64,000 bases of DNA, taken from assembly GCA_050633305.1 (NCBI GenBank), contig JBOEGF010000023.1:1-64000 (forward strand). The letters run 5' to 3'. This DNA comes from Nannocystales bacterium (GTDB lineage: Bacteria; Myxococcota_A; Polyangia; Nannocystales; Nannocystaceae). Positions 29,070 through 39,185 of the stretch are shown here, one piece after another (the stretch's first letter is position 1; each line of letters starts with the position of its first letter). The notes under the pieces are model-generated. The model saw only the letters and a program-made list of their open reading frames with translations, did no database searches and was not told where the DNA came from. The translations under genes and the position numbers were made by a program.

Positions 29070-31813
29070 ACGATTCATCCACCGACTTGCCGACGGCCCT
29101 GCCGACACCCCTGCCGACAATCGATCTCGACGGTCAGGACGTCTCCTTCACGCCCGGCGAGACCATCTACGAGGTCTCAAAGCGGCACCAGAGCAACATT
29201 CCAACCCTGTGCTACGACGACCGGCTCGAGCCCTTCGGCGGCTGCCGATTGTGCGTGGTCGAGGTCGAGGGCTACCGCAGCCCCGTCGCGTCGTGCACCA
29301 CGGTCGCCATCGCTGGGATGCAGGTTCGCACGGCAACGCAGAGCATCGAGAAGCACCGCAAGACACTGATCGAGCTGCTCACCTCCGAGAACCCGGACGC
29401 CACCATCGATCCGCTCAGCGGCGCGGCGTCGCAAGAGCTTGTCACCCTCAAGACGCGCTACGGGGCCACGGGCGAGCGCTTCGTGGGCAAGACATCGGGC
29501 ACCTCGCACCCGGACGACAAGAACCCGTTCATCGCCCGCGACTACGACCAGTGCATCTCATGCTACCGCTGCGTCCGCGTCTGCGCCGAGCAGGAGGGCG
29601 ACTACGCGATCAGCGTGATGAACCGCGGGTTCTCCACGCAGATCACCACGGAGTTCGGCAACAAGCTCGACGACTCCGACTGCACCTTCTGCGGGCAGTG
29701 CGTGCAGACCTGCCCCACCGGAGCGCTTGCCGATCGTAAGGCCCTTCGCGCCAAGGCGCTGCCCGAGCCGATCGAGGCCACGCGTTCGGTCTGTCCCTAC
29801 TGCGGTGTGGGTTGCTCGGTCGACCTGCTGAGCAAGGGCGAGAAGCTCGTGGGGATCCGTCCCGCCCGAGACGGCGGAGCCAACGAGGGTGCGCTGTGTG
29901 TCAAAGGCCAGTTTGCCTTCGACTTCGTGCAGCACGATGACCGGCTCAAGTACCCCATGGTTCGCGAGAACGGGGAGCTACGCCGGGCCAGCTGGGACGA
30001 AGCGCTGGACCGCGCTGCCGAAGGCCTGGCCAAGGCGGCGTCGGAGCACGGCCGGCACAGCATCTACGCGATCGCCTCCGGACGCGCACCGCATGAGTCG
30101 ACCTACACCTTGCAGAAGCTGATCCGCGCCTCGTACGGGACAAACTACATAGATAACTGTTCTAGGGCGTGACACGCCCCCACGGTCGCCGGTCTGGCGG
30201 CCACAATCGGACGCGGTGCAATGACGAACCCGCTGCGGGACATGGAAGAGCCCGATGTCATCTTCTGCATCGGCACCAACATGACCGAGTGTCACCCTGT
30301 CGCGGCCACGCGGATCAAGAAAGCGCATCGCAAGGGCGCTGTCATGATCGTCGCCGACCCGCGAAAGATCCCGCTGACGAAGCGGGCCGACATGCACCTG
30401 CAGCTCAAGGTCGGGACCGACGTCGCGCTCCTGCTGGGTATGGCCCACGTGATCGCCCGAGAAGGTCTGGTCGATGAGGCGTTCATGCGGGATCGAACCC
30501 TCGATGGCGCGGCGTTCCTCGAGCACGTCAAGGCGTACCCACCCACGTGGGCCGAGACCATCTGCGGCGTCCCTGCTGCGGATATCGAGCGGGCTGCCCT
30601 TCTGTACGCGCGCGGCAACAAGGGCGCGATCTTCTACACGCTGGGCATCACCGAGCACATCTGTGGCGTCGACAACGTGCAGAGCCTCTGCAACCTGGCG
30701 CTGATGACCGGCCACATCGGCCGAGAGGGCACCGGCATCAACCCGATGCGCGGCCAGAACAACATCCAGGGTGCCGGCGATGCGGGTGGACTTCCCAACA
30801 ACTACGTCGGCTTCCAACCCGTCGACGACCCGGCCAACCAGGCTCGTTTCTCGAAGCTTTACGGCCGAGAGATCGATCTCGAACGCGGCATCACGAAGGT
30901 GCGCGCCCTCGACTACGCCGCCGACGGCAAGATGAAGGCGATGCTGATCTGCGGCGAGAACACCCTCGTCTCCGATCCCGATCGCCACCATTGCGAGAAG
31001 GCGCTACGAAACCTGGACCACTTGGTCGTGGTCGACATCTTCCTCACCGAGACCGCCGAGCTGGCCGATGTGGTTCTTCCCGCGAGCGCTTGGGGAGAGA
31101 CCGACGGCGTGTTCACCAACACCGAGCGACGCATCCAGCGGGTGCGGGCTGCCGTACCGCCTCAAGGCGAGGCCAAGCCCGAGTGGTGGATCATGTCGCA
31201 GCTGGCGAAACGCCAGGGTGTTTCCGGGTTCGAGTACGAGTCCGCCAAAGACGTGTTCAACGAGCTTTGCGACAATTCGGCGACCTACAAGGGTGTGAAC
31301 TGGGACCGCGCCGCAGAGGGCACCTACCAGTGGCCCGTGCCCAACGAAGGGCACCCGGGGACCTTCCGCCTTCATGAAGAGGAGTTCCCGACCCCAACGG
31401 GCAAGGGCACCTTCAAGCGTGTCGAGTACCGCGAGCCAGCTGAGGTCGTCGACGAGGACTACCCCGTGTGGCTCACCACCGGAAGGCGGCTGCAGCACTA
31501 CCACACGCGCACCATGACGGGCCGCGCGGGCATGCACTACTTCGTGCCCGAAGAGACGCTCGAGGTGCACCCTGCCGATGCCGCGGCGTGGGGCCTCGCC
31601 GATGGGGCCCGGGTTCGGATGGCATCCAAGCGCGGTGCGGTCGAGCTGGCGGTGGAGGTCACCGATCGCTCGCCCAGGGGCACCGTGTTCTGCAGCTTCG
31701 GATTCGGCGATACCCGGATCAACGACCTCACCGGGGCTGGGTACGACCCGATCACCGAGACGGCGGAGCTCAAGGTGTGCCCGGTCCGACTGGACGTGGT
31801 GCCCGCGCAGTAG
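29066..31813 (+). CDS. fdhF: Formate dehydrogenase alpha subunit, selenocysteine-containing (915 aa, Sec369)
   Basis: N-terminal Fe-S domains, CPYCGVGC, then IDNCSRA-TGA-HAPTVAGL continuing in frame into ORF 30221..31813 (RGQNNIQG, LTTGR..HYHT). Confidence 0.93.
30184..30202 (+). promoter_or_regulatory. Bacterial SECIS element
   Basis: Stem GGTCGCC/GGCGGCC with loop GGTCT, starting 11 nt after the TGA. Confidence 0.85.
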
Positions 31814-31825
31814 GGGCCTCGGGCC

Positions 31826-31856
31826 GCGCGGACCCGTCGCATCCGAGGGTCCGCGC
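31826..31856. terminator. Hairpin between convergent genes
   Basis: 10-bp inverted repeat GCGCGGACCC / GGGTCCGCGC. Confidence 0.5.
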
Positions 31857-31877
31857 CCCAAACACTCCGGCGGAACA

Positions 31878-32513
31878 TCAACGGGGGGTCGTCGGGTGCC
31901 ACGACGGCTCGCCGCGGCGTAGCGCCCACAGAGCATGATCCGGCGCGGCATCGACGAACGTCACGTCCAGCGCCGACGTTGCGGAGCTGCGGGCGATGGC
32001 CTGCAACACGCCCGTGTACGACTCTGCCAAATAGCGGTTGAGTAGGTGTGGGGGATACTCCATGCGCACCACGAAATGGCCTCCAGCATCGGCCACCGTC
32101 AACGACGTCCCACGATGGAAGCGATTCCAACGCTGGGACGCACTTCGGATCATCCGCGCGGGCCGCAGCAGCGTCAGAATGATGCTGTAGAGCCGACTCT
32201 GAGTCATATCGAGGACGATCTGCCGCCACAACGCTTGGCACTGTGTCGCGGACAACGAAGCCTGGTCCGCGATGGCCAGGTTTAGGCCGAGATACTCCGT
32301 CTCCGGGATCCACTGTGTCGGAAGCGGAGGGCGTTCCAGTAGCTCCGCAAGTCGCGGAGGCAACGCCGCAGCCTCTCCAACGAAAGGACGGCGCTTGAGA
32401 ACGAACGGCAGCATCGCTGCCTTCGCGGTGCAATCCGGATACGACGCCAAGCCGTCGGGCAACCCGTCCAGGTATGCCGCGAGCAACGGAAAACGTGCGC
32501 GATCGAACTGCAA
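31878..32513 (-). CDS. Myxobacterial DUF2378/V4R-like hypothetical protein
   Basis: PLPTQWIP, ASQRWNRFHRG; GGGAGG RBS and TG-TAGCCT upstream. Confidence 0.65.
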   Translation of the reverse strand: MQFDRARFPLLAAYLDGLPDGLASYPDCTAKAAMLPFVLKRRPFVGEAAALPPRLAELLERPPLPTQWIPETEYLGLNLAIADQASLSATQCQALWRQIVLDMTQSRLYSIILTLLRPARMIRSASQRWNRFHRGTSLTVADAGGHFVVRMEYPPHLLNRYLAESYTGVLQAIARSSATSALDVTFVDAAPDHALWALRRGEPSWHPTTPR

Positions 32514-32599
32514 GAGGGCCTCCCCTGTCGCTTCAGGCTAGCACATCGACATGGTCTCGCCGATGTGGCCCGTGGGCGGCCAGGGCATCCGAGCCCCCC

Positions 32600-33823
32600 C
32601 TACGCCGCCACCCGGACCGCTCGCGCCCGGAGTTCATCCAACCGGCCAACCCCATCGCCGGCCTGCCGCAGCTTCTGTTTCCAGCCCTCGTCGAGCGGCT
32701 GGCCCTGCACCATTTTGTGGAAACGCAGCATCACCATGGTGGTCAGCGTTGGCTGCACGAACGACTCTCTCACCGTGCGCACGATGAGCAGCGCGATCAC
32801 GGTACCGAGCACCAACGCGGCCGCGAGCGCGATGAGGAAAGGCCCCGGGGCGCCCTTGATCACGCTCCCAGGATTGGAGGCGAGCGCCGCGAGTTCTCCC
32901 CCCTGGGCGGCGAACGCAGCGGAGAAGACCCCGGCAATCGAGCCCAGCCCCGCGCCCAACCACAGCGGCAGCAGCATCAGTTTCTCGAGCACGAGTACCC
33001 CCACCGCTGCTCGAAGCATCTTCGTGCCATTCTGGGCGCAGTAGGTCAGGCCGTCGATCGCAGGCGCAGAGAAGTCCCGATCCCCGCGAGCCAATCCATA
33101 CGACAGCACCACTGCATCGAGATAACGACTGGCACCGCGGACAAGCGCAGAGATGCCCCGCTTGATGAACGAGATGTCGATGGGCAACAAGTCGTCGACG
33201 AAGTTGAGGGTCTTGGTGAGCTGTCGCAGCGTCCGGTTGACCGAGCGGTAGACATCCCAGATCGAGGTGAGGTCCTGGAGCCGTGTCGCGACCAACTGCT
33301 TGGCATACGCGAGCTGGCCTTGCCGGCCATCGCCAATCGTTCCACGTGTCACCAACTCGGTGAGGATAGCGATATGGGCACACTTCGCACCGAACGTCTT
33401 GCGTTCCACGAACGGTGTCCAGAACACGAAGATCGGGATGAGCCCACCGAACATCACAATCGCCCCCACCCAGTTGTTGACCACAACCGCAAGGGTGCCC
33501 CCGGTCGCCAGCGACGCCACCACCATCCCCACGGTGATCGCGGTGAACAAGCTCCAGTGCGCAAACCTGAACAGCGCGTAGGGAAGGACCTTCAACGACA
33601 AGCCCACCGCCGCGAAGAAACCCGCGGACTGTGCGGACACCGGGTACCCATGGGGACATCCAGCCGTTGGCGTACCGCCCCCGTGTTGGCTGGCAGCGGG
33701 CGGCAAAGGGGGGTGACCGGGGTGGCCCTGCTGGACCGGAAGGGGCGCGTGATGACCCGGCTGTCGTGGTGGGTATCCGGGGTGCTGCGCGACATCGCGC
33801 GGTGGGTGTGCGTGCATGTTCAT
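32600..33823 (-). CDS. Hypothetical membrane protein with His/Pro/Gln-rich N-terminus
   Basis: At least four TM segments; PGYPP/PGHH/GHPP low-complexity leader; GAGG RBS. Confidence 0.8.
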   Translation of the reverse strand: MNMHAHPPRDVAQHPGYPPRQPGHHAPLPVQQGHPGHPPLPPAASQHGGGTPTAGCPHGYPVSAQSAGFFAAVGLSLKVLPYALFRFAHWSLFTAITVGMVVASLATGGTLAVVVNNWVGAIVMFGGLIPIFVFWTPFVERKTFGAKCAHIAILTELVTRGTIGDGRQGQLAYAKQLVATRLQDLTSIWDVYRSVNRTLRQLTKTLNFVDDLLPIDISFIKRGISALVRGASRYLDAVVLSYGLARGDRDFSAPAIDGLTYCAQNGTKMLRAAVGVLVLEKLMLLPLWLGAGLGSIAGVFSAAFAAQGGELAALASNPGSVIKGAPGPFLIALAAALVLGTVIALLIVRTVRESFVQPTLTTMVMLRFHKMVQGQPLDEGWKQKLRQAGDGVGRLDELRARAVRVAA

Positions 33824-33961
33824 GGCCTCGCGCTGATAGAGCCGGTCCGCGACGTTTGTGACGCGACTTATCCGAGCTTGGCCCTGGGCCTGTGCGCACT
33901 GAGATCTGTGCTGTCGAAACCGATGCTTGCCTGACCTCGTAGATCGGTGAGGGCTGAGAGC

Positions 33962-35782
33962 CTACTCGCAGAGGTCCGAGGCCGGAGGCGGCAGCGGGCT
34001 GAAGACGAACGGGTGCTGCGGGATTGCACAGGTCGACCCACCGTTGTATTTCGAGAGCGTGCTGACCGGCGTGGTCACCGCGAACTGATAGGTCGCGCCG
34101 ACGCGGGTGATCGTCGCGTCGCCGTTGGTGCCGACCGAGCCGTCCCAGTCATCGACGCAGAATGCCTCGTTCGCGGGAAGGGTGAATGTGACGGGGTTTC
34201 CGCTACCGTCGACACAAGTGGTGGACGTACCGGGAATGCGGACCGCCACAGTGAACGACTGTGACGGACGAACACACAGTACGTTGTCGAACGCGGTGAC
34301 CGCCGCGTCCATCGCGGTGCTGTTCGAGTCGATGACCGTGTAGGTCCCGTCGCGAGACAGCGGGTCACGGCGGTGTGCCTTGGTGATGGTTACACTGCCC
34401 TCGTCCACCCCGATGCCGTCCCACAGAGGGGCACCAACGACCAGGTCGGTCCAGGGGTGTGCATTGACGTCTTGGGTGAACCCACCGGCGAGGGCGGCCC
34501 CGAATCGTGCGAGCGGTTGCACTCCAGCGAAGTCCTCGAGAGTTTCCAGTACGCGGGGCATGCCCCCGCCGTTGCGTTCGACTCCGCTGCCGTCGACGTT
34601 GAATACCTGCACGCGCCCCCGCCCGCCGTCGAAGTCCGGGGCACCGACTGCCACTTCGAGGTGCTGCGCTTCGGCGCTCGAGAACCCGCCAATGCTGTCG
34701 ATGGCGTTGAAGTTGCCGAGCGCCACCGTCTCTCCGAACCGGTCGCCCGCGCTCCCACCGATATTCTCGATGCACTCGACCCAGGTACGCCAAGCCCAGT
34801 GAATTCCGCTAGGGCCCACATCGACCAGGCAGGCGCTTCCTCCAGCAAACCCGTTCCAGCTGGCTTCGGGGGCCCCGACCAGCAGGCGATCTAGGAACGT
34901 GGGAGTCCCCCCGCGCTCGACCTCCAAGGAGGCGCCGAACTCGGCGCCCGGGATTGAAAAGGGTCCGGTGATGGACTTGAAGTTTCCGAACGAACCGCTG
35001 GCGGTGGCGGTCGTCGCCAGTGTGACGACGCCGAACGAGCCGGTGGTGGGCTGGCCCACCGCGATCTCGTCGAGGCCGTTTCCATCGAAGTCGCCGTAGC
35101 CGACCGCGGTCGGGGAGGCGAGGTCGATATCGGTGAGCGAAGTGAGGCTGAGGTCGAACAACTCCACGGCGCCGACGGAACCGGCGCTCGAGATGGCCGA
35201 GGTCCCCACGACGGCAAGCTCCCCCCGCTGTGCACTGAAATCCAAGTCGTTGCCGACCCCACCGGTGAGCGCGCTCGTTCCGGACCGGATCCGTGTCCAA
35301 CCATCCAGGTCACGGCCCCACAGCTCGACGACGCTTGGGAACTGCGGGTTGTCGCTCGGTGCGGTGATGAACAACTCCTCCCCGTCAAACCGATCACCGC
35401 TCGCGGGAATCACGTCGACCGCGAGCATGGCAGCGCCGAAGTTTCTCGTCGCGACGGCCGGCGTGAGCGTCCACGTTGCGCCAGCCGGAAGCCCATCGAC
35501 ATCGAGCTGTTCGATTGTGACGGCACCGGTCGTTCCGGCTCGAGGGGCACCGGATGCGACGAACTGCTGGGGACTGGGGCCCGCTTTCGCGGTCAGCAGC
35601 TCGACCGAGGTTCCACGTTCTCCGGCATAGACAGAGGGGCTGGTCGAGGCGACCTCGATCGGGACGCAGAGCGAGTCCGACGCCGCGACTGTCGTTGGCG
35701 TGATGGGACCTGGGGCGCTGCAGCCAATGGTGAAGAGGCCAACGAGTGCAGTGGTCGAGGGAGGAATCGTTTTTCGAAGCAT
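33962..35782 (-). CDS. FG-GAP (integrin alpha-like) repeat lipoprotein
   Basis: Repeated FG...GDFDGNG.DEIAVG.P, LLVGAP, VAVGAP, LVVGAP; TIGC lipobox. Confidence 0.85.
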   Translation of the reverse strand: MLRKTIPPSTTALVGLFTIGCSAPGPITPTTVAASDSLCVPIEVASTSPSVYAGERGTSVELLTAKAGPSPQQFVASGAPRAGTTGAVTIEQLDVDGLPAGATWTLTPAVATRNFGAAMLAVDVIPASGDRFDGEELFITAPSDNPQFPSVVELWGRDLDGWTRIRSGTSALTGGVGNDLDFSAQRGELAVVGTSAISSAGSVGAVELFDLSLTSLTDIDLASPTAVGYGDFDGNGLDEIAVGQPTTGSFGVVTLATTATASGSFGNFKSITGPFSIPGAEFGASLEVERGGTPTFLDRLLVGAPEASWNGFAGGSACLVDVGPSGIHWAWRTWVECIENIGGSAGDRFGETVALGNFNAIDSIGGFSSAEAQHLEVAVGAPDFDGGRGRVQVFNVDGSGVERNGGGMPRVLETLEDFAGVQPLARFGAALAGGFTQDVNAHPWTDLVVGAPLWDGIGVDEGSVTITKAHRRDPLSRDGTYTVIDSNSTAMDAAVTAFDNVLCVRPSQSFTVAVRIPGTSTTCVDGSGNPVTFTLPANEAFCVDDWDGSVGTNGDATITRVGATYQFAVTTPVSTLSKYNGGSTCAIPQHPFVFSPLPPPASDLCE

Positions 35783-35915
35783 GGGCGTGTCCGGAGCCGT
35801 AGAGCCCGAACTCGCGCGTCGGTTTAAAAAAAACTGCGTGTCCTGGGATAGAACGCCCAACCCCGCAGAGTGCGCGGACCGGGACGCCCATGCCGGCGAG
35901 CCACAGCACCTCGCT

Positions 35916-36446
35916 CTACAACCCGGAGATCCAGTAGTAGCGCTTCGGCGGCCGGTCGGCGTATTGCCTCTTCGTCTCGCGCAGCAAGCCACCGTTCTTT
36001 TCGATGACGCGGTGAGACGCAGGGTTGTCGTCGTTGCACGTCAGGAGGACCTCGGTCAGCCCCAATCCCCGGGCCAACGGCAGCGCCTGACGCAGCATCT
36101 CCGTGGCGACCCCTCGGCCTCGAACCGAGGGCACCGTGTCGTATCCGATATGACCGCCCGAGATGCGCAGGGCGTCGTTCAGCTCGTGGTGAATCGCGAT
36201 GCGCCCGACAAACTGCGCGTCCATGATCGCCCACCAGTGCGTCTTCGGCACCCGCGTCTCGCCGGTGGGGTACGCGTCCGCGAGCTTGCTCTCGACGAAC
36301 CGATCGAAGTCGCGTCCTGCGGCGTCGAGGTCCGCGCCAAGCCACCACGGTAAGCCCTTGAGTCGAAACTCTGCAATCGCTCGCAAGAAGCTTTCACGCC
36401 ACGCGGTGGATGGCGGGACGAGCTGGAGTTGAGAGGGGAGGGACAC
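35916..36446 (-). CDS. GNAT family acetyltransferase
   Basis: GGHIGY...PS.RGRGVA, N.AS.RVIEKNGG. Confidence 0.92.
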   Translation of the reverse strand: MSLPSQLQLVPPSTAWRESFLRAIAEFRLKGLPWWLGADLDAAGRDFDRFVESKLADAYPTGETRVPKTHWWAIMDAQFVGRIAIHHELNDALRISGGHIGYDTVPSVRGRGVATEMLRQALPLARGLGLTEVLLTCNDDNPASHRVIEKNGGLLRETKRQYADRPPKRYYWISGL

Positions 36447-36455
36447 GACGGGCGC

Positions 36456-36932
36456 TCAAGGAGCGTCCATGAGTTCGACGCGTGTGTCGACCAGTTCCTC
36501 ATCGGCACGGAATCCGTAGTGGAGGACCCACTGAATCTCCACATCGGCAGCCTCGTCCGGCAACGCGAAGCGGACACCGACCCCCTCAGAGCACGCGAGC
36601 TCCGGATCGAGGAGCGTGTCCGTGTCATCGATACCGAGCCGGGTGCGTCCATCCACCATGATCGTCTCCACATACTCCTCATCCGGGGTCGTGAGCGTCG
36701 CCTCCACGGCCACGGATTGGGAGGACGTGACCCATGCGCCCAGCCGGACGTCGATCTCGACCTCGTCCGGAGCGGCCCGGCACAACTCCCCAACGAACCC
36801 GCGCTCCCGAGAGTCACTGCTGAGCGTCACGAGTGCGCCGTCCACCGCACCGAACGCGTGCCAGCCATCCTCGGCCGTGACGCCGCACCCTAGGGAGGTC
36901 AGAACAAGAAAGCCGATGAGAAGCGTGCGCAT
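36456..36932 (-). CDS. Hypothetical lipoprotein
   Basis: MRTLLIGFLVLTSLGC; acidic beta-rich domain. Confidence 0.7.
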   Translation of the reverse strand: MRTLLIGFLVLTSLGCGVTAEDGWHAFGAVDGALVTLSSDSRERGFVGELCRAAPDEVEIDVRLGAWVTSSQSVAVEATLTTPDEEYVETIMVDGRTRLGIDDTDTLLDPELACSEGVGVRFALPDEAADVEIQWVLHYGFRADEELVDTRVELMDAP

Positions 36933-37119
36933 CGAGACCATCAACGCCCCGACCCACCAGGCCTTACGAGCCGAAGACTGCCTGAGGTGACGTGGAGCAC
37001 GGACGCTCAATCCGCCTGGGTCCGAGGCCGCCGCAACACGTCATGGACCTGGACATGCTGCGCAGCGGTGAGGACGAACTCGACCGTGGTCGCCATGTCC
37101 TCGAGTGTGACGCTTGAGC

Positions 37120-38139
37120 TCAACGAGACGTGCTCAAGCTCTGACGGAAGGCCGCAGGAGTTGTGCCAAACCACCGCCGAAACGAGCGGTGAAACGAGGC
37201 CTGATCGCGGTAGCCCAGCAGGAAGGCCACCTCCGCCTGCGTCACGTTCTCGTCGCCAAGCAAGCGGCGGGCTCGCTCTCGCCGAACTGCGGTGAGCAAC
37301 GCTCCAAAGGTCTCATCCTCCTCGGCAAGCCGACGCGCAAGGGTACGAACGCCCAGGCCAAGTCCTCGGGCGATTGCGTCTGCGGTCGGCGTCCCATCGG
37401 CCAGCTGATGCTCGAGTGCCGCACGAACCCGCGCGCTCCAACTCAGCGCCTCCGGGTCAGGCGAGGACTGCTGGAGCAGGTCGGCAAAGTACGCGGACAG
37501 CTCGGTGTCGTGCGATGCCATCGGCTGGATCATGAGCTCCACCGGACACACCAATGCTGCCTTCGCGTACCCGGTGAGAATGGGTGCGCCCGCGAATTCC
37601 TCCCAGGCCTTTCGTTCGGCCGTCGAAATCGACTCGCGACGAGAGTGCAAGGCAAGGATCGGAGCATCGTTCCCGATGAACCCGCGCAAGAGCTGAACGG
37701 CCACCAGCACCGTATAGTCCGACAACCGAACGGCCCCACTGCTGGCGGGACCAAAGCGCGTCTCTTCGAGGCGGACCGTGTTGCCGTCGACCATCGCGTC
37801 ATAACGAGCGGTCCGGTTGATGAGCGTCTGGTACCGACCGTGACGCATCAGCGCTTCCCCCAACGACGCCGCGGTCTTGCAGGCGAGGCCCACCACGCCC
37901 AGGCTCGCAGGCGTGTGCCGCCTGACCATGTCCAGGACGAGCGCGGCGAAGTTTGGCCGCGACGACATCCACGCCATATGCTCGTACGTCGAAGTACCCG
38001 AGACTGTGGCGCCGTCGCGCTCCAGCCATGCTCGCGTCCAGCCGAGCCGGGCCTGAATCTCAGTCGCGTCGACCCCGGCGGCCAACGACGCCTCGAACGC
38101 CGGACGCACGTTGCAGACATCAATGTCGAGATCGGCCAA
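37120..38139 (-). CDS. AraC-family regulator (OruR-like ligand domain)
   Basis: SLGVVGLA...AASLGEAL; C-terminal RTLARRL, VAFLLGY.DQASFHRSFRRWFG.TP; start uncertain (38139 or 38160). Confidence 0.9.
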   Translation of the reverse strand: MADLDIDVCNVRPAFEASLAAGVDATEIQARLGWTRAWLERDGATVSGTSTYEHMAWMSSRPNFAALVLDMVRRHTPASLGVVGLACKTAASLGEALMRHGRYQTLINRTARYDAMVDGNTVRLEETRFGPASSGAVRLSDYTVLVAVQLLRGFIGNDAPILALHSRRESISTAERKAWEEFAGAPILTGYAKAALVCPVELMIQPMASHDTELSAYFADLLQQSSPDPEALSWSARVRAALEHQLADGTPTADAIARGLGLGVRTLARRLAEEDETFGALLTAVRRERARRLLGDENVTQAEVAFLLGYRDQASFHRSFRRWFGTTPAAFRQSLSTSR

Positions 38140-38298
38140 TGGTTCGTCAGCTTCGGACAATGCGCCCAACCGGGTCAAGCCGACGGAGGGGATGGATTGC
38201 CGCGATCGTCGGAAGCAAAGGGAACCGCGCAGAGCGCGAACTCCCACGGCGAGCCGGCCTCGAACCCGACGTGTCGAGATCGGCCAACGGTTTGTCAG
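38124..38298 (+). repeat. Two copies of a 27-nt direct repeat (candidate AraC operators)
   Basis: TGTCGAGATCGGCCAAyGGTTyGTCAG at 38124-38150 and 38272-38298, two mismatches. Confidence 0.8.
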
Positions 38299-38343
38299 GC
38301 TCGACCACTGTCGCCGGGCCGCCGGTGCTTCCACGCTGAGACC

Positions 38344-39063
38344 ATGCGTACGACACTCTTGGCCGTAGCCCTCGCCGCCGGTTGTTCGACGGCGTCCCCG
38401 ACGTCACCACGGCTCCCAGGCAGCGGGACGCGAATCTACGAAGGGAACGTATTCGGCACCGAAGAGGCGCCCATGTTTCGATACACCCGCGACAGCCGTG
38501 TCGACGGGGATTCGTGGACCTCCGTGCACACGAGCCACAACGCCCGAACCGGCCAGTTCGTCGTCGCCCAAGCGGCCGAACACGATGCCTCGTACACGCT
38601 TCATCGATACGTCGAAGACCACCAGCAAATTGGGATGCGCAGCGAGGTCGTCGCCCACGGCGCCAGCACCCTGACCTACACCACGCACGCGGGCAGTCGA
38701 GTGCGCCACAGAACCGAGCGACTTCGAGCACCTGCGGTGACCGGACCCACGCTCTTCGGTTTCGTCCGAACCCACTGGGAGCAGCTGCAGTCCGGCCAAC
38801 CGATGCCAGTGCAATTCGTCGTCGCCGAACGTCGACGAAGCTACGGTTTCAGCCTGAGGATGACCGAGAGCCTCAACGAGACCACGGTCGTCACGATGCG
38901 TGCCAACAGCCCTCTCCTCCGGCTCTCGGTCCCAACCATGCGGATGACCTTCGACTCCAACAGCCGCACGATCATCCGCTACGAGGGCCGGATCCCTCCG
39001 CGTTGGGAGGGTCGCTCCGTCGACGCGCGCGTCGAGTACGAACACGTCGCGCCGTACCGCTGA
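38344..39063 (+). CDS. Hypothetical lipoprotein divergent from the AraC gene
   Basis: LAAGC lipobox; beta-rich; GPTLFGFVR.HW..L. Confidence 0.8.
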   Translation: MRTTLLAVALAAGCSTASPTSPRLPGSGTRIYEGNVFGTEEAPMFRYTRDSRVDGDSWTSVHTSHNARTGQFVVAQAAEHDASYTLHRYVEDHQQIGMRSEVVAHGASTLTYTTHAGSRVRHRTERLRAPAVTGPTLFGFVRTHWEQLQSGQPMPVQFVVAERRRSYGFSLRMTESLNETTVVTMRANSPLLRLSVPTMRMTFDSNSRTIIRYEGRIPPRWEGRSVDARVEYEHVAPYR

Positions 39064-39185
39064 CCCGTCGAGAACTCGGGAGCCCGCGACGACCGCGGGC
39101 TGGCTTCCGTGTCATGCTCCGGCATGGCTCTGGGTTCCCGCGTCAGGCAGTTCCCTGCGCTCCACCGTGGGATGGGAAGGGCATC

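Noticed and set aside
30170..30172. TGA as a nonsense mutation splitting fdh into two genes
   Set aside because: It sits exactly at the Sec/Cys ligand position and is followed by a correctly spaced SECIS
37007..37096. 29-aa minus-strand ORF MATTVEFVLTAAQ... with GAGG upstream
   Set aside because: Too short to support; may be a gene remnant
37114..39063. 649-aa ORF as a single gene
   Set aside because: The first 1.2 kb is antisense to the AraC gene; the real lipoprotein starts at 38344
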